Assembly: GCA_051362555.1 (NCBI GenBank)
Contig: CM120646.1
Span: 11,098,001-11,162,000 of the forward strand
Reading direction: 5' to 3'
DNA length: 64,000 nucleotides
DNA from: Lingula anatina
Lineage: Eukaryota; Animalia; Brachiopoda
In this document: one piece after another, positions 1-13,400 of the stretch
How positions within the stretch are numbered: the stretch's first letter is position 1
How the letters are laid out: each line of letters opens with the position of its first letter
Made by a program: the position numbers and the translations under genes
Notes under the pieces: generated by a model
Told to the model about the DNA's origin: nothing
Databases searched by the model: none
The model's input: the letters and a program-made list of their open reading frames with translations, nothing else

Positions 1-64
1 GGGATTCTGTACATGTTGTCGCTGCTTTCAATGTTTACGTTTTACTACGGGACGGCGTGTGCGA
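1..64 (+). CDS. FSTL1: FSTL1 signal-peptide exon (ATG at 13 or upstream of window)
   Basis: Frame 1 reads GILYMLSLLSMFTFYYGTACA: hydrophobic core with A-x-A cleavage motif, then A|GTAAGC phase-1 donor compatible with the Kazal exon. Confidence 0.6.
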
Positions 65-3000
65 GTAAGCGTTACGTAATAACCACGCCCCTCTAATGTT
101 ACTGAGTTTTTAATGTGCTATGGCTAGCCTGTATTTTTGTAGTTTTGGTTAAATCTGAGCTTTTAAAACCCGTCTTAATTCTTTTGAAGTAAAGAAAGGT
201 AGTCTAAGGTTGCTTCACAAAAGGAGTTCAAAAGGAGCGTCGTATTTATAATTACCAGTATCTACAGATAATTGTTATTTTTCTTTTTGAAACGGTTTTC
301 CACTTGCTTCTTTAGTAGTTATATTGATTAAACATAAATGGTGATTTGATTTTGATATTATTAGAAAAATAAAACTGAAGAAATAGCTTTTTGAATTAAG
401 AATGGAAGGTGAGTTGATTTTGAAAAAAAAAAAAAAGATTAAAACCATTCCAACGGCATTACTGTTGTTTGAATGTTAATATCTCCATATCTGCACTTCC
501 ATGCATCTGTATCTGTTTCTTTATTCACTCTTTGTATAAAAAAGTTTCAGTCTTTGTCCAATATTATGAATACCATCAACTCTGCATGGATCTGTGTTTG
601 GTTATATATTTGAGCTAGCTGTGTGAAAACAACATAGAAAAACAAGACACATTTAACTTATCAGTCTGCATGCTTATACAATGTGAACAGCATGTATATA
701 TTGAAAACATGCATTACTGAGGATACTGTGTACAGTGTATCAGTATTTTGGCGTGTTCACATGAGGCCTAATTTAGACAGAAAATTAGACTAATTTTTTC
801 ATGATGAAAAAGAGTTTGTCTAATTTCAAGCCCAAGGTAATCATGCACCCCATTTCCATAGATTAGATCGACCTACTTTAGATCGACCTAACTCCCTGGG
901 GGTTCACGCTAAATAGCTGTCAGCCTGGCGGACACAAAAGTTAATTACCTCCTTACAGCTTGTAGTAGGCGGGACGGACATTTAAGTCGGATTATCTGAA
1001 AGTAATCTAGTGAGACTCCCTGCGGGGATAGATCGATCTAAAAATCTATGGAAATGGGGTGTAATTTTTCATGATGGAAAAGAGTACGTCTAATTTCAAG
1101 CCCAAGGTAGTCATGGACTAAAGTTGATATTTCTTGGTTTTGCCTTTTGTGCCTGTTCGCACTAGGCAAAAGATTACCTGTCTTAATTGGTCCAAATGGC
1201 ACTGGTAGTTTATATATAGTCTAACAGGTATCTAGGCAGCATTATATCATTCACTACTTTTGTATTCCACATAAAGATGGGATTGACTGTTTGGAGTAAT
1301 TACTATACTATACTATTACTATAATGACTATGACCTCATTCATATACCTAGATCGATCTAGCAGGATTGACCCATCTCCGAGGGGATTCTTGCTAAATTA
1401 CATTCAGCTTATTAGGCGTGCCAGACATCAGAGCCACTTATGCTGATTGCAATTAAGCGAGAAACCCCTCGCAGATGGGTCGATCCTGCTAGATGGATCT
1501 AGGTATGGGAACAGGGTTTAAGGCTCTATTCCCATAGATTTTAGATTGATCTATCCACGCGGGGAGTCTCACTAGATTACTTTCAGATAATCCGACTTAA
1601 ATGTCCGTCCTGCCTACTACAAGCAATAAGAGGGTAATTAACTTTCGTGTCCGCCCGGCTGACAGCTATTTAGCGTGAACCCCCAGGGAGTTAGGTTGAT
1701 CTAAAGTAGGTCGATCTAATCTATGGAAATGGGGTGTAAGTCAGAGTAAAAATTGGTCTAAACAGGAACTTGAGTGAACAAAGATTTCTACTGCACTTAG
1801 AGACATAAGTCAAATTCTTGTGGTTGTCTATGACCAGATCTTAGAAGGAAGTCATTTATTACTCTATTGTTGTGCGTAGTAAACAGCCACGTGGGGTATA
1901 ATTTGTTTTCATTTTTGTCTCATTCATTTTTGTTACCTTTTATCTTTAAAGGAGGATATCTCATCTCTTCCTGGGACAAAAAAAGAAAAAAAAAAACATA
2001 AAATGATAATTTTTAGTCATTTCAATTGATGCAGTTATTGTCTGAATATTTTGAGCGCTTCGGGGCTAATGAAAGAAGTGGGGGGGTTATCAGCCACGAA
2101 TTGCTGACAGTTCAAGTGTAGATCTCTGCCTACTGTTCGTAATTATTTGTGTATCACATGTACATCAGATATGTCACTGGTGTACAGTATGCTCTGCTGT
2201 GAGTTTAGATCTACTCTGGTATCAACGAATCCCTCGCTTCTTTTGTTTAGGCAGAAAATGTCTGCAAGTGACGAGAAATTATCACTTTATTCATTTAAGG
2301 CCTCATAAAGTGATGCTCCCCTTTAATTTACCTTTTGACATTCCACTCCCTAATTTTGACTTGGATGTTGTCATACATCTATTCTAAAATGCATAAGAAA
2401 ACTTTATTTCACTTTCTAAAGACTTGTCAATTTTAATAATTTTATGTGCACATCCAAATGCCCAGCAGCATACTGGTCTGAAAATTTGAGGTGGGTTAAG
2501 TTAATCAACTATTGCATGAAAAACAAAGCTAAATTCCCAACAACACCGGCTATTGCATGCTGAATTAATATCAATCACAGTCGGGCAGAATGTGTTTTGC
2601 ATGCCCCTAAGTTTGTGTAAATGAGTTGAAATAGGGGTCAGAACTTTTGAAGTTGGGAATGTGTTAGGTAAATAGGTGACTGGGTGGGGAGAGGAAGCTG
2701 GACACTGCCCAGTCTGGCTCAGTTCAGGTCATTTGTTATGGTGCCTCACGTGTCATGAGACTAGTGGTCAGAGTTAGATTAGGGATAAGTAGATGTGTGT
2801 GTGTGTATGTGTGTGTGAGAGAGAGAGAGAGAGACCCCATTTCCAGAGATTAGATCGATCTACTTTAGATCGACCTAACTCCCTGGGGGTTCATGCTACA
2901 TAGCTGTCAGCCGGGCGGACACGAAAGTTATTTACCCCCTTATAGCTTGTAGTAGGCAGGACGGACATTTAAGCCGGATTATCTGACAGTAATCTAGTGA

Positions 3001-4314
3001 GACTCCCCGCGGGGATAGATCGATCTAAAAGCTCTGGGAATACAGCCAGAGAGATATAGGTGTGCAAAAATCAAAAGATCCAAAGAACCATAATATTTAT
3101 TTTTATTTCAAACATATATATGGGGTAATAACCCTCACCTTGGTTTAGTGAAAACAATATTCAGAAGCATAAAATACTCCCCTACCCCTAAACATTATCA
3201 TCTTTTGATAAGAAAGTTATTTTCATTAAAAAGCAAATATTTTGATCCAGATTAGCATGTCAGACAGGCAAGGTGATATTAAGATTCCTGTTAATCTGTC
3301 ATGTGTAAATTTCATGGGTGTAATCATTAGAGTCGCGGTGGTCTGATCTGGGTGGCGTGATTTTTAAGTGGGTACCTTGCACAATAACCCCAGTATGATC
3401 TTCATCTTCCGTGCAGGGCACATTTTCTGGCCAAAATGACATACCCTGAAAGTCACATCCCTTCAGTGTGACTTTTCCAATGGATCAGCATTTTTTTGAA
3501 TGTTGGGCTAGTGTCAGAGTGGCTAATAGCCACATGACTCACGGGGTGGTTTGACGTAGTAGATATGCCATATCTGCATCACTACAACAAAGTGAAGGGT
3601 ATTCTGTTTCATTATTTGGAATATAAATATTGTGTAAATAACCAAACAAATACTAACCCCCTCACTTAAGGAGTTGTCTTATGTTACTTATTGTAAATTG
3701 AACCTTCGGGTAAATATATGTAAAGTCTTACCTTTTGTGGGAATGAAAATTAAACTCCTGAATTATGAAATAAGTCCACATAACATTTCAAGATAGACTG
3801 ATGTCTTTGGTGTCTGTGTACTGTGCCAATAGCAACTAGAATAGGTTACAAAATAGTGTGAAGTAAGAGAATTGCACACCTAGCTCTTCTGTGTCTAAAT
3901 TTAGAGGGACTTTGCATGATGTAAATATAAATCATTTCAGTGCTTCATGGTGTATGTAATTAGGCAAAAATAGAAGGGACAACAAAAAGATGGCATTATG
4001 CCAACCTGACGAATTTTTCTCAAGGCAATATCAATCTTAAATGAAGGGTTTTTAGATGATAAATGGACTTGTATTCAATGATTCACATTTAAATGAGGCT
4101 TTTGTTTAGACAGAATGTGTGGGAATTACTAAAATATGGAGCATTTATAGGTTGTTCTAACTTCACTAGCGTGTTTTTTGATAAATAGACAAAAACATTA
4201 TAAACTCAAAAATCAAGTGACTTGTGAAATACATGCCCAACTTTTCACCCATTTGCAGTGGATGAGGTCAGATTTGGAGAGGGGGTGTAAGAGGTCCAGT
4301 AAAACAACAACAAC

Positions 4315-4394
<80 letters not shown>

Positions 4395-7300
4395 CACTTC
4401 CCATGCATCTGAAATTATTTGGGTTGAATTCTCTTTACTACCCCTGTAGAACCTCTGTGCCTATGCTATGCAGGTTGCACTTTCTGACCTTAACCAGATG
4501 GATGGTGCGGTTCCATAGCAAATTGCCTTAGTGTTTCTTTCCTAATGAGATAAGTGTGTTGAAATGTAAACTAGAGAGTCCGTTTACCAAAGGTGTACCT
4601 ACAGTTCACTGGGTGTACTGGGGACTCCCTTACTAGACATTAATACCATCTCAGCAGAGGATTTGCTTATAATGATGTCTCAAAATTAATTAATTTCATC
4701 TACTGTACCCCACTTCCACCCAACCCCTATTGTTGTAATTGGGCTGCGCATCAGAAGAAAATGTTATCAATTGTTTTGTCTGTATGTTTAAAATGGATAC
4801 CAAATAAGCTACCCCCTGGGAATTGCCTCTTTTTTTGCCTTGACTTTTTTTTAAATTTCAGATTTTAGCCATTGGCTAGTATATATATATAAGTTGCCTA
4901 TCCATCCTTTCTGTTTGTATAAACTGTAACACTGTCTACTTGGGAGTGGATGTATTCAAAAGCAATTTGTAACATCACTGACTGGTTCAGAATGACAAAT
5001 AGGGGAGCAGAAATAGGCATCCATCTTTTTAGGCAGCAAATACAAAACTATAGCCGGCACCCTGTTTAGCTTAATTTTAATGTAAACAGCAATTTATCCA
5101 CTTTACTGTTAAATATGTCCTCAGTGATGCATGAAGTCTAGACAAGCTGGATATACTGGACACTGGTTACAGACACTTGATGTCCATCTGAAGACTGATT
5201 TCACGTGACACTAGGCTTTTGAACGGACATTCAGAGGTCTACCAATCCCCCCCCCCCCCACATACAAAAAATTTGTCACTGAAAAACATTTAATTTTAAG
5301 ACAGGTAAATTCTATCAATAACAACAGGTAATGTTAAATTTGGTAGCGAAAACTGCAACAAATGCCAACAAGAAACAAAAAAAAAAAAAAATTTAAAAGT
5401 AATATTGAAACATATATACGGATAAAATATGTGTAAGATTTTTTACTGACAGACATAAAAAAGAATAAGTAAAATAAAAAGTAAATGAAATTAACAACAA
5501 TACTAACCAAAAACCAGAAACATTGTACATGTACATAAATTTGAACAAGAATAGTGCTCATGCAGTTTCACAAACAAGAAACGTATAACAAAGTTTAAGA
5601 ACAAAGTGTAAGTTGTTTTTGTTTAGACATTTAGGCCTTTCTTTCATCATTCTTCCTTTCAGTGGTATTTCAAAACAAAAGCCCTGTGGGGGAAGAACAA
5701 AAGGTTTGTTTGCACAACTGTGTGTAGTTATCAGACTCTAAATTGGCTGAAATGATATGTTCCTGCCATTTCTTATGGTAACTCCTCTGAATTTTCAGAC
5801 TTAATTTTCAGCAATTCCAGTATTTCATAAATTTTCAGAATTTTACTTTATCTAGTAACTGGGAAATCTATACTTTCTGACATGACCAAGCTTTTTCAGA
5901 TATTACTAAATATCAAAACACTGTTTTGGGTTATGCCATTAATCAGTTATGTTTGAATGTGGAGATTAATTAACATAAGTTCAAAAGCTCTGTTGAAAAT
6001 GAAAAAAAAGATTGCATTTCTTAATTTGCTGTAGTTGACATCATATTCTGTTTTTAAAAAAGTGTCGCATAAAAGTCACAAGCAGTTGTGATCTATAAAC
6101 GCGATGTAGTGGTCTACTTTATCCTCACAGTTACCAGACAGAGTTCATTTTAAAATACAAATTTATCACACCTAGGTTTAAACTCTATATATTTGAATAT
6201 AAGCAATGTATGACTTGCAGAAATCAAACTCAAAAGTCCTGGAAATGAGTGACTTTAATCACTGAAGCAGTGCAGGTAATTGTTACTCATCATAGACCAG
6301 TCTTGACAAATATATATGAGGAAGCCAGAAATATTGATTTAGAACACACTTATTTACAAGGCCTGTAGGTCTATCACTTCTGGGAACTGTTAGTCAAACA
6401 AATTTTACCACAGGAGCACATAATGTGTTTCTCTAGTCATTGCTGCAAAGTACATTTTGTTAAGTCTTGTTTACAGTGGTATTAACTTGAACCGGAAATA
6501 GTCTTAGACCCCATTCCCAGAGATTAGATCGATCCAACTAGATCGACCTAACTCCCTGGGGGTTCACGCTAAATAGCTGTCAGCCGAGCGGGTATGAAAG
6601 TTAATTACCACCTTACGGCTTGTAGTAGACAGGACGGACATTTAAGCCAGATTATCTGACAGTAATCTAGTGAGACTCCCCATGGGGATAGATCGATCTA
6701 AAATCTATGGGAATGCGCCCTTTAACTCCGTTCGTGACAACCAAGTTGGAACAGCTCATCTCTGAGAGCTTTAGAAATATCATTTGCATTACAGGGGTGT
6801 TGGTTAATGCATTGAAATGATATGATACCTGAAGCCATTTAAAAAAAAGTAGTTTAAGTAAAATCCATGCGAACCCTAGCTCCATATAGTCCTTTAGAAT
6901 ATAATGTACCAGATTAAGTTCAGTCATAGAACACATGCAATTCCCAGTTTGCAAATAAAAAATGGCTAACATACACCCGTAGGCTGTGAAGAGTAGCATT
7001 TCATGGATTCTGAAACTAGCTATAGGTGCAATGAAATGGCGCTTACCTAAAAAAAAAAAAAAAAAAAAATACTTGGCCTCTTAATAGGCATGTCTCCTTA
7101 AATTTCATTACAACTACAATGCTTTTTTTAAACCCAGCAAAACTAAAATATTTGATCCAGCTTTACAAACAAAGCTAGGTTTTTGACATAATGGCTGTCA
7201 GCATCTCATAGGTCTTTGCAACAGCCAGTACAATGTGTCAGACACTCCAGAGGAAGAAGATGGTACGAATCATTTGCAGTTGTATGCTTGTGATCCCCAA

Positions 7301-8368
7301 GATAATTGATAAATTGAACGAAACTTACCTAAGTTGAAGTTTTCCTGTGATCTCCAAAATAATTCAGCAAGCTAATTAAGCATATACAGCCTGAGTCAGT
7401 TGGTGGATGGGTTTTAATTTATCAAGGCTGTGCAGTATGGTCCCCAGACTGTTAATTGCAATCAAGTATACTTCCTCCTGGGGTGATACATTTCTATAAA
7501 CAGTTTTATCTACAACAGCAGGGATCGAGTGGATCTGGCTTAATTCTGAGTGTTATGGTCTCTGTGAAAATTGGCCTAAATTCAAACCAGGTGTAAGAAC
7601 TTGAGGTGTTTTTCCCCTTGCCAATCATAAATCAAGGACTAGACATGGTATCTTTTTCATTGGGAGAAGTCTGTGTATGTTATGAGGTAATGGTGAATTT
7701 AATGTAAAGAAATATTGATGTTCAAACACTGCATTACTCCAGTTGTATTATATTGATCTGATACACATATGGTAAGGAAGAATAATTTCCCATTGTTGAG
7801 AACATGCTAACATTTGCACTGGAAGAGTTGTCAAATGTGATATGACTTGATGATATCTTGATATGATATATATACTGTTAATAATACACAACACATAAAA
7901 TATTTAAAATTAAAAAGTGATATATTTTGTACAATACACAACACAAAAATATTTTAGATGAAAAAGTATAATATGTTAATAATTTTTAATGAAATGAAAA
8001 TGTTATGAGAGAATGAAAGCAGATTATTAGAAATTAAAAACAATTGGATATAAACAATATCTGAAGCTACTACTGTTCATCATTTGGTTCTTCTACTTTC
8101 AGGGAACAACTTTTTCCTCAACAGAAGCCAGTACAAACGGTAAGTTCAAGGACTGCACATTAGGGGATCTCTAACTACCAGACAGCTAGAATTATGACCA
8201 TTACCATTGCTTCCACTGAATTTTTACAGATTGACTGTACATGTTGCTTCCCCTTTTTCTTACAATTTCCCCCACAACCCACCACCCAATCTCACAATAA
8301 CGATGCAGGGCTGACAGTCTTCCAAATCATCTTTGTTGATTCATCTTCCATTTTTGACCATCTTCGAA

Positions 8369-8417
<49 letters not shown>

Positions 8418-10398
8418 CTGGTCAATATTAACTTGAAAAATTCCGAAATTTTGACCGTCTTCTGAAAGAACGAGAAGACGGCTTCCATCCACCCCTGTAC
8501 TAACATATTTTAAGTTTTCCCAACTTATAACTATCAGTAAACCACAGTGTCTGTTCATCATTGGTAGTAAGAGACTGTGAGGGGTAAAAAGTGGCTCAGT
8601 GATGCCTTCAGCTGTACCCCTCCCGACCCCCCCCCCCTTCCCAATGTCCTGCCCACCAATAAACTGCCATTAGGACTTGTTACTTAATTACCTTTATTTG
8701 AATGTTCATGGCAATCAGTTAGAAGTTGATTCCTTTACCTCATACTGTGGACTCTGCCTGAAATAATATGTGTGAACTCCTAGTGTCTCTAACTGACTAC
8801 TGATCAAGACATATCTTTCTTATTTAGAAAAAGATATACAAACATACAGACATTACCATAGACCCCATTTCCATAGATTTTAGATCGATCTATCCCTGTG
8901 GGGAGTCTCACCAGATTACTGTCAGCTTAGCCGGCTTAAGCGTCTGCCCCGCTTACTAAAAGCTGTAAGGGGGTAATTAACTATGGTGCACGCTCTGCTG
9001 ACTGCAATTTAGCGTGAACCCCCAGGGATTTCGGTTGATCTAAATCTTAATCTCTGGATCGATCTAAATCTCCGGGAATACACCCATATACTCAGCTGGT
9101 CAATTCAGTGGACCAAATCAATGGGGTTTAAATACACAGATGTTATCCTCAGTATAGTTCTCTGGCATAATTTCATCAATCATTTCATTAGAGGGGTTTA
9201 ATTGGAAGATGTCCTACAAGCAATAAATCAGACATGAACTGTGATCATTGAATTTCCCAATCAAAACTCAGTCTGTCAGAGAGAGACTGCTGTTCATGTG
9301 CATTCTAACATGGCTTTAAAGTAATCTAATCATGCAGTATTACTTGATTCTAGCTTCTGCAAATGTGTTGTAATTGAGGTAGCTATGACAACTGAACTTT
9401 AGATGATGGGAAGAGATTGAGCCAGCTATTTTTAGTTGAAAACTGGCAGGCAATGTTTTTGTGCATGACTCTAGCATTTGACAGCGGCAAACAAACAGAT
9501 TTTTTTTTTGAAAATTGACGTAATGTATCTGACATTCATCAAATAGTCACCCTGTTTTGTTTTTGATACTGAAGGAGACCAAACTTAGAAGGTACTAGTA
9601 TGCTGATTACCATAAGAAGAGAGTTTTAAGTAGACTGAACCTAAGAGTGCACATCAGGCTCGTGCGCTGAGAAGAGGATGTGAGGTATGGGTGGGTTGGG
9701 GTAACTGAGACAAAAATCAATTAAGCCCCATTTAACCCCCGTTTCAGTGCAGCTAAATGGTTTTTACAATTATGGACCAATGTGGAAAAAGATCAACATT
9801 AATTAGACAATCACATCAAAATAATGTTTGTCTCATTGCCCTGTTAAATATTTAACTTCAATTAAATTTCCTTCAAAATGATGTCAGTCTTCATGTATGG
9901 CCGATATTGTATTTATTCTATTTTTTCAAAAAAGTAAAGCCTGTCTCTTGGGAGTATTTGAACAAGACCTTGAGTGAAGTTAATCTGAATTTATCCCCTG
10001 GTATTCTATTTGCTTTAATTGATTCTTTTATTTATACAGCATAGAAGTTTAAACTTCTAATCCTCATGATTCAGCTATTTGTGAACTGTCATTTATAAAG
10101 CAATCTTTCTCAGCTTTGCCTCTCTAAATTGCTCCAAGATGCTTTCACATGTATCCTGGCCTCTCCCATGTTAGCTCAAGTCAGGCCTGTAGCCAGGGGG
10201 GGTTCGGGGGTTTCGAAAGAACTGCCCTTTTTGCTGGGAAAAGGTCCCCTCTGGGTAAAATTTGATCTAGGTACATGATGGTTTTATGGTAAAAGGTCCA
10301 CTTTTTCAGAAAACGAACCCCCCATTTGAAATTGCTGGCTACGGGCCTGCATGTAGTAATTTAAATGAAAATTACTGGAGTTTCATGAGTGAGGCATC

Positions 10399-10442
<44 letters not shown>

Positions 10443-13400
10443 TTTACTCACATGCGAGCTCATGAGAATTTATTAGGACTCGTGGAAAATGTAAACTGAA
10501 TTGTTTATATCAATCGATAGATTCTTCCCATCTTACAAAGCTTTTAAAAGTTAAATTGGGTAATATTTTGCTAAATTTGAACAGAAGCTATCAGTCACAG
10601 TCAAAGAAAATGATTATTTGAAAGTTATATAAGTATTTAAAAAAAGTATTAAAAAAGCATTTTAAAAGTATTTTTAAAAATATGTGAAAGGCATATATCG
10701 ATAAGTTAATCTTGAAAGTAAAATATAGGAATGGTTGGGGTGCCTGAAGATTGTGAATAATTACCATAACCAATTGCTCAGTGTAAATATTCTATGTTTA
10801 ATTGCACCTGTCATACAGAATATATATGGACAGTGTTTGTCTTTTTAGGTCTGTTTCTTCTAATGGAACATTTTAGGGTTAACTGACTCCCTGTCTCTTG
10901 GAACATTTTTTCAGTAGAGATAAATTGGCTCCATTGATTTCTTTCCATACTCCATCATCTTCTTGTTCATTAAGAAGCCCATCGTTGCAGTATAGAATCT
11001 TGGCAGGCACAAACGTATGTGTTCATGGTACATTAGATTTCAGGTTATGGGGTCCATTAAATCACCTCCTGCAGTGGTAGACTTACACCTGTTCACATCA
11101 GATTTAACTTGATCCTGGCACCAGTGTTAGACTTAAACCTGTTCACATCAGATTTCACTTGGTCCTGACATCAGTGGTAGACTTAAACCTGTTCACATCA
11201 GATTTCACTTGGTCTTGACATCAGTGGTAGACTTAAACCTGTTCACATCAGATTTATCTTGGTCCTGACACCAGTGGTACACTAACATCTGTTCACATCA
11301 GTCGAACTTTTTTCTAGCACCGGTGGTAGACTTAAACCTAATTATAAAACATTAAAATCCAGAGCCAGTATGCATCACAAGTCCAGGCCTCTGTATTTAT
11401 TGGTGCCACAAAATGGACAATTTCATGATAAGTAAACATATGTTGGGCATGATAAGCTGTAGCATTTTTGTACGTGCTTGTAGTGTATGTCACGCATTTC
11501 GTTACAACAGTTTTGGCAGCACTGTTATACACTCCAGTTTTGAGCCAACTGAGAATGTTTAACAAAATGAAATAAAACCTCTGTTTCATTTGATAATGGC
11601 ATTAGAGATAATGGTGTGATGGGCCCTCAGTCAAACTTCAACTAAGTCTGAAAGCATTTATGCATATGAGTAACAATGCATGGCCTGTGCATGGTATATG
11701 CTTTAGTAACAAATTATATTTAAATTACAAAACACATCACAAAAATAGTCGTTGAAGCTGGACAAATAAAAAGTGTATATACCTAATGAGAAAGGACCAT
11801 TAATACCCATGCATTCATATATAAGAAAGGCTTAAAACATGTATAGAACTTTAAATGACAATATTAATCAGAAAGTGTCCAACCCAGCAGTGGTCCACCT
11901 GACTGTAAAGGGCACAACTGTCTGCTTATGTTAAACATGCTTAATATGTGTTTAACCAAAGGTTTGTTTGACCTCCTTGATCATGAGAAAAAGATTTAAG
12001 TCATGATGGCAGTTTCCTTTTCCAAGTGTCCTACACATATATAGTTGGAAACCAAGAAAATTGAATTTAATCATGTACTTGAGTACAAGGAAATTGATAA
12101 GATGTTTTGGGAGTAAAGAGGTTAATTACAGCTAGGCTCTCACTTAATTAGTGCTCCATCTTAATTTTCATTAGAAAAAATGTATTATTTTGGAGTGAAA
12201 AATGAGTAATGAAAATTGTGAAGTTAACTGTGTTATATTTGTATTCTTCTAAAAATTATGGGCTAAATTGTCCTTCATCAATTTAACTAATAGTTTTAAT
12301 TCATGTTCTTCAAATAGCAAAAGAAATAGGTATAAATGCACAGCCAAGTTATGTTGCAAATCAGTCTATCACAGAAATTTCAGGGAATAAAATAGCTTTA
12401 TTTTTTTTGCCACACATGAAAAGCAAAATGGCAGCATGTGGTTGTATCTGGACTTCAAAGATATTTTCCATTAAATCATAAAAGTAGACTGAAATATGGG
12501 TTTATTATTCCTCAGAAGATAGAATCAATAACCACATTGATGAATGATGTAAGCTTGAATCAAATTTCCCAATAATTCTCCCTGTGATTAATAATGACAA
12601 TTGGTTACAATGATGGTGGTATAATGTTACATAGCCTGGCTGTTAATTTGAAGCAGATGAGAAATGGCTGTTTAGAATTTGAGCCAATCAATAGCCCATC
12701 TGTGGTGAGTCATTCTGGCAACAGAGAAAACATCCAGGCAAGACTGACAATTGAACAACTATAGGCTAGGGCTAACATTTTACTTTATGAAATTTCTGCT
12801 TAGCTGGGTAATTTGGCTTTATCATTTGATTTCATCATTTTATCAGCGTTTTGATGAAATGAATAAAGAAATAAATGATAGAGCAGAAAATAGATTTCTG
12901 CAACTCTTACGTCAAGGGATTGAGCAGATAGTGTGATTTGCGACTTTGATGCAGACAGCTAGGCTTTAATCCATAATGATAAATGTTTTAACATTCATTT
13001 TAAAAAGACATGTTATTGTATTAAACAACTTCACTCATCTCTGTTGCGCTTAATTTTTAATAATGTTTTAAGTAAACAGTTAAATGACTCTAACTCCTAT
13101 TCATGATTCTGGCATTGGTTTGTTATATAACAGTGATAAACATTACCTGGGCTCAGGTAAAATATGAAGTGCCACAAGACAGAATTAGAAAAACATTAGC
13201 TTTTCCTGTTAGTAATGTGCTGAGATATAGAACATTTGATGTACACTGGAGTCTTTTGGACTTCAGCTTTTCCACTCTCTCTCTCTCTCTCTTGCTTTCA
13301 GTTTGAATAGCATTTATTAATCATTTGTAAAGTCATTATCCAAGCTGTACAATAATTATTAAAAAAAATTACTGTTTAATAATTTTTCCCAAGTTGAGCT

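Noticed and set aside
4178-4531. ORFs with poly-K, IY or poly-F runs (also 8194-8561, 19035-19235)
   Set aside because: These are translations of poly(A) and (AT)n tracts.
8103-8139. 37-nt FSTL1 exon using the upstream AG
   Set aside because: It breaks the frame between the phase-1 signal exon and the phase-1 Kazal exon; the 15-nt version fits.
11072-11338. CRISPR-like repeat array
   Set aside because: Units are head-to-tail with no unique spacers, the context is a eukaryotic intron, and there are no cas genes.
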